Shown here piece after piece: positions 59,637 to 64,000 of a stretch of DNA of 64,000 nucleotides. This stretch comes from a virus, in IMG/VR virus record IMGVR_UViG_3300033149_003931, positions 28,568 through 92,567 of that record. One strand, 5' to 3'. The position numbers and the translations under genes were made by a program. The notes beneath the pieces were generated by a model. That model did not search any database, was not told the DNA's origin, and was given only the letters and a program-made list of their open reading frames with translations. Position 1 is the first letter of the stretch; each line of letters begins with the position of its first letter.

Positions 59637-60188
59637 TCATCTGTCATCTCCCGACCCTTGAAGTTTACCACGGGCCTGTCTGTCTTTTAATTTAGTAATG
59701 TTTGCTTCCCCGATCTCCTCTAGGGTTAAGTCCAAGTCTTCCGCTATACTGTCTAAAACCTGATAGACCTCACCAAGCAATTTCTTCATATCCGATTTAA
59801 AACCTAAACGGGAAAAATCGCAATTATAACAAATCTGTTTCTCCAACCGACCCAGAACATTCCCCGCCCTATTACTGAGTCTGATAACATGACAGATAAA
59901 ATTGGTCTCTCTTTTATAAATAACAACTTCCGCGATTTCTTTTAAGGTTAAGCCTAAATCTTCCGAGGCATTAGCTAAATACCAGTAGACATCACCAAGC
60001 TCTTTCTTCATTGCCTGTTTAAATTCCAAATTGTAAAAATATGAATTATGATCCCGAATCTGTTTTTTAAGTTTTCCTAGAACCTCCCCAGCCTCATTAC
60101 CGATTCCAATAATATGGCATGTAAGACTGAGACCCGGAGGATAAATATCTAGTTTCCTTGCCTCTTTTTGGTATTCATTAGCTTGCAT
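59637..60188 (-). CDS. MazG-like NTP pyrophosphohydrolase with internal duplication
   Basis: EAGEV..KELGDV; second copy RAGNV..LLGEV; GSGDDR. Confidence 0.8.
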   Translation of the reverse strand: MQANEYQKEARKLDIYPPGLSLTCHIIGIGNEAGEVLGKLKKQIRDHNSYFYNLEFKQAMKKELGDVYWYLANASEDLGLTLKEIAEVVIYKRETNFICHVIRLSNRAGNVLGRLEKQICYNCDFSRLGFKSDMKKLLGEVYQVLDSIAEDLDLTLEEIGEANITKLKDRQARGKLQGSGDDR

Positions 60189-60377
60189 TTTTGTATATCC
60201 TTATCTCATGTCCCGGTTTAATTACTTCAACGTTAAGGTCAGCCTCTAAATTTTTTGCTGTATGATAGAGATTTCTGAAAACTTGGACACTTACCTTTCC
60301 CAAGCAGATATTAATTTCGCCCTCTTTTCTGGCAACGCTCAATATATCTGCAATTAAGATTCTGTCCTGTCCGTTCA

Positions 60378-60536
60378 TTAAATATCTACTCCGTTAATAA
60401 TTAATTCTTTGACTTGTCCAACATCAGAATCTTTTACTTCGAGAATTATACTATCATGAATTTGATGAACGCAACGAACATCTAAATTTTTCTCTTTAAT
60501 CTTTTTCAGATATTTAATTAAATCTTCCATTGTCAT
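60378..60536 (-). CDS. Unannotated 52-aa mini-paralog of PolA motif C
   Basis: NLDVRCVHQIHDSIILEVKD vs polymerase NLDVRYVHQIHDAGILEVKD; SD GGAG; TAATG-coupled to the next gene. Confidence 0.8.
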   Translation of the reverse strand: MTMEDLIKYLKKIKEKNLDVRCVHQIHDSIILEVKDSDVGQVKELIINGVDI

Positions 60537-60641
60537 ATTGTGCTCCACTTATTAGACGGAAAACGGGGCGAGTATATAGGCAGGTCAACCCGCCCGCACT
60601 TTCTGGTTTTACTTCTATGTTACATCATCCATTGTGCATAA

Positions 60642-60670
60642 AGTATACCACATAATTTCAAAAATGTCAA
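60642..60670 (-). promoter_or_regulatory. sigma70-type promoter P6
   Basis: TTGACA-17-TATACT with TG extension. Confidence 0.85.
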
Positions 60671-61303
60671 GTGCTGCTGTTAAATTTCTCTGTCCAAAGG
60701 TGTTAATCCATTCTCCGGCGTGTAATGCGCAACACCGCCTATATACGGATTAGAATAATTTGTATCTTTTAAATCTCTCCAATATCCAATATCTTCCGGG
60801 CTGGACAGTACCGCCTTAACTCCGCGAGCGTTTTCTTCTGCTTCGGCGCGGGCCTGCTCAAGGGTTTTATCGCCTTTAATAAAAATATCAAAATAAATAC
60901 TGACCCTAAATCGTGTTTTCATATTAAACCGCCTCTTGTTTTTATAATAATATCCATAGGATTAAATTTTCTCTGACCATACTGACTGGAACCTTCTGTT
61001 TGTGTAATTTTTATATATCTGACTTCACCAAAAAGAAAAGTATGCCCAATGCTAAGATCGCTAAAAAATTCTTTATCCTCAACCTTTTTCTGAATTCGGA
61101 ATTTTTTATTTATGGGATATTGTAAACAAGCTCCACCCGGAAGAGTCTTTTTCTTAATTAAATCTACTTCAAAGTCCCTTAATTTGGCTATACCATTAGG
61201 GCCCTCACATCTTAAAATCTCACCCCAGACTTCAATAATACAATATTCTTGATTATTCAAATGTGATTTTACTGTGTCACCCGCATTAAATATTTTTGCC
61301 ATT

Positions 61304-61651
61304 TTAAAACCCTCCAACTGGAACCAAGATTTTATCAGCCTTTTCATAATTACAGGGCGCACAGGCTGGTTGTAAGTTTCTCATTTCTCTTGTCCCGCCT
61401 AAAGACTTTGGAATAATATGATCCACAGTCATTAAGATTTTGTTACGTTTCTTATCCACATAGAATAAATCATAATGAATATGGCCGCGCCTATCCTCCC
61501 ATTTAATTATTGTATTGCCGATTATGCCGCAATAAACACACTGAAAGCCCTTCCGCCAAAACACTCGAAACCGTCTATGTCTTTCAAAACCTCTCCTCTT
61601 CCTGAAGAAATTAGGAATACTGTCAAAGATTTTTAAAATTTTCATTTTCAT
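61304..61651 (-). CDS. HNH endonuclease (McrA-like)
   Basis: CVYC..TVDHIIPKSLGG..NLQPACAPCN. Confidence 0.85.
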   Translation of the reverse strand: MKMKILKIFDSIPNFFRKRRGFERHRRFRVFWRKGFQCVYCGIIGNTIIKWEDRRGHIHYDLFYVDKKRNKILMTVDHIIPKSLGGTREMRNLQPACAPCNYEKADKILVPVGGF

Positions 61652-61653
61652 AA

Positions 61654-63303
61654 TTAAGCCTTTGTTAAAAGTTTGATGCTGGATTTTCCGATTTTTAAAT
61701 TCTTGCCGTAGGAATTCATAATCTCGTCAACGGGTATATCAGTCTCCTCTGCCATTTGATGCGGGGATTTTACCCAGCGATTAATGCGGGCAGCCTCTAC
61801 ATTGAATTTTTTCATAAACTCTTGATTGAATTTAATATGTACAGTACCTTTTTTATACGCCCTGACACTCATAAAAGTCTCTCTTTTATCACTGGTACGA
61901 TAACAAAAATCTTTTTCTTTTCCTGGACTCCATTCAAAATTTCTTGTCTTGTCCAAAACATTGAAGCCTAAATTTTTAGCAACCGTACAAATATCGTCTA
62001 AAAAATCGTGGATACTATTTGCTATACCGTTCGGATAAACATGATCTCCATAATTACTCTTATTAAAGCAGTTATATTTTTCACAGACAATCCGATAGTC
62101 TAAGGTGTAGTGGGTGTGATCACTTCGAGAATATCGCCAACCGTCCTCAACCATTTTCTTATTAGACTTATAATTTTTTACGTTCTTGGGTTCTGTTATT
62201 CCTTGATAGACAGAGCATAATTGCTGATCTATATATTTATTTGCATTTTTAATTACCCAGATTACCATAGCATAGGCATTTGCCGCTGTAAAATCTATGG
62301 TTGTATGCTCTCTTAATGTTTCTAGCATTGATTGACGACTTTTAGAGGTTAATCTTTCAGTAATTTTATCCAAATTATCAAAAAGCTCTTCCCAATAAAA
62401 ATTTTTCAAACCCTCAATTTTTAATTTCAAACCAGACTTAACACCCTCAATATTAACATCGAACTCTTTCAGAATACACGCGTCTAACTGTTCGATTTGT
62501 TTGTATGTGGCGTATAATTTTTTCATATCTTCTAAGTATAACTCTTCCAACCGTTCAATTAAATTGTATCCTTTGATTAATTTCTTAAGCCTTTCTTTGT
62601 TCTTTTGTTCTTCTTTATAATCATAACCCTTCGACACATCAGCCTTAATTTTAAAAGTTTCATCAAACCAGATGTCAAAGGGATCTGATAATAGAGTGTT
62701 ACTGTAGTCACTTCCAGTCAATGTTACCTTTACTATATCCACATTACACCGGGCCTGTCTTTCCGCATTAAGAAAATCAAAACTGCCTAACGTTTTGTAA
62801 AAAGTTTTCCGGTCACTCTTTTTAAAACTCTCAGCCCGTAATTTTAAAGCCTCTTGGATTTCCTGATTTTCTTCCCACCTACTCGGAATAACTAAATAAA
62901 TAAATTTTGAATTAGCTTCTTTGATTATTTTCTTTGTCCATTGAACATATTCACTATAGGGCGGATTACAAAAAATCACATCAACTTTTTTATCAATTAG
63001 TGTTTGTTGATAAAAGTCTGTTCCTATAATAAAAATATCTTCAGGCATTGAATTAATTAATATCGGACTTTTTTCGAAGGCATATTTTGTAATAGTTGCT
63101 TTAGGTATGCCTTCCGAATCACATTGAATCATATCATCTAAAATATTGAATACGTTACCATTACCCGCCCCAATATCCAATAAAGAAAAATGACTTGACT
63201 CCTCTTTCATATCTTTAAAGATTACTGACAAAATCTCTTTCGTTGTTGGATAAAATTCAAAGTCCTCGTTATTTTCTTTTAAGGTTTTTATTAACGTGTT
63301 CAT
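61654..63303 (-). CDS. DUF4942-associated N6-adenine methyltransferase
   Basis: FEFYPT, LDIGAGNG, CNPPY; C-terminal YKKGTVHIKF; likely start MNTLIK. Confidence 0.8.
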   Translation of the reverse strand: MNTLIKTLKENNEDFEFYPTTKEILSVIFKDMKEESSHFSLLDIGAGNGNVFNILDDMIQCDSEGIPKATITKYAFEKSPILINSMPEDIFIIGTDFYQQTLIDKKVDVIFCNPPYSEYVQWTKKIIKEANSKFIYLVIPSRWEENQEIQEALKLRAESFKKSDRKTFYKTLGSFDFLNAERQARCNVDIVKVTLTGSDYSNTLLSDPFDIWFDETFKIKADVSKGYDYKEEQKNKERLKKLIKGYNLIERLEELYLEDMKKLYATYKQIEQLDACILKEFDVNIEGVKSGLKLKIEGLKNFYWEELFDNLDKITERLTSKSRQSMLETLREHTTIDFTAANAYAMVIWVIKNANKYIDQQLCSVYQGITEPKNVKNYKSNKKMVEDGWRYSRSDHTHYTLDYRIVCEKYNCFNKSNYGDHVYPNGIANSIHDFLDDICTVAKNLGFNVLDKTRNFEWSPGKEKDFCYRTSDKRETFMSVRAYKKGTVHIKFNQEFMKKFNVEAARINRWVKSPHQMAEETDIPVDEIMNSYGKNLKIGKSSIKLLTKA

Positions 63304-63625
63304 GGTCAATTTTCCTTTGTGAGGGGTTTTCAAAATTTTCTAAGGTCTGATAATAATTATTTTCTTCTTCAGTTTCCCTTAGATATTTTAATTGATTAAG
63401 ACTTAAAGTCATAATTAATCCTTTTTTAATTATTTTTTAATGCCGCGGCAATTTCCTTTTCCTTACCAGCGGCAATTAGAGATATATGGCACTCCTGCTC
63501 TGTGCCGTCCCACCAGCTACTACAAAATAACTGCCTGCTGTGTTTTGATCTCCTTTTGTTAATTATTTCCACTCCCCTTTTCTATATTTTGCTTGTTTAG
63601 CGATTTTCCAAAAGGTAGTTTGTAT

Positions 63626-64000
63626 GATTTCGTTGTATTTTTTCCGTTCAGCCCGGTCGATTTTGTTGTATTTTTCCCGCGCAGCCCGGTCGATTTTGTT
63701 GTATTTTTCCCACTCAGCCTGTTCGATTTCGTTGTATTTTTCCTGCGCAGCCCGGTCGATTTCGTTGTATTTTTCCCACTCAGCCTGTTTGATTGTTTGA
63801 TTTCGTTGTATTTTTCCCGCGCAGCCCGGTCGATTTTGTTGTATTTTTCCCACTCAGGCTGTTTGATTTTGTTGTATTTTTTCCGTGCAGCCCGGTCGAT
63901 TTTGTTGTATTTTTCCCACTCAGCCTGTTCGATTTCGTTGTATTTTTCCTGCGCAGCCCGGTCGATTTCGTTGTATTTTTCCCACTCAGCCTGTTTGATT
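63626..64000 (-). repeat. 33-bp coding tandem repeat (11-aa units, e.g. WEKYNEIEQAE), at least 11 units, running off the window
   Basis: AATC..GCTG..AAAAATACAAC units alternating A/B; 8-bp duplication at 63787-63802. Confidence 0.9.

Noticed and set aside
12695-61971. Plus-strand track ORFs within the minus-strand region
   Set aside because: Antisense shadows of well-supported genes, with no RBS or recognisable motifs
63626-64000. CRISPR array or DGR template/variable repeat
   Set aside because: Units are contiguous with no unique spacers and keep codon periodicity; no cas or reverse transcriptase gene in the window

Overview
This window is a 64-kb, AT-rich segment of a large tailed dsDNA phage using the standard genetic code. 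The host is probably a diderm bacterium, inferred from an HldE-type kinase and a lipoprotein. No integrase, canonical tRNA or CRISPR array was seen. Positions 1-7.8 kb (+) hold the end of a tail operon. Positions 7.8-9.15 kb form a GC-rich, heavily base-paired convergence zone. It contains an unannotated 56-aa Arg-rich ORF behind three tandem Shine-Dalgarno sites, a ~320-nt multibranched RNA candidate and a tRNA-like element. Positions 9.2-64 kb (-) are tightly coupled operons driven by six near-consensus sigma70 promoters. They encode primase-helicase, portal and terminases, a putative two-piece sigma factor, DeoC, Ogg, SbcCD, RecA, a UDG-like/PolA fusion, an RNA-repair module (Pnkp, two ligases, RlaP-like protein, Pth2) and five methyltransferases. 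A family of HNH/NUMOD genes is present at every stage of decay. The most novel signals are (i) a 52-aa mini-gene copying motif C of the phage's own polymerase, together with other miniature catalytic-motif ORFs (a possible decoy/mimic system), (ii) the structured-RNA cluster and (iii) the split sigma factor. All product calls come from motif recognition by eye; no searches or folding programs were run.
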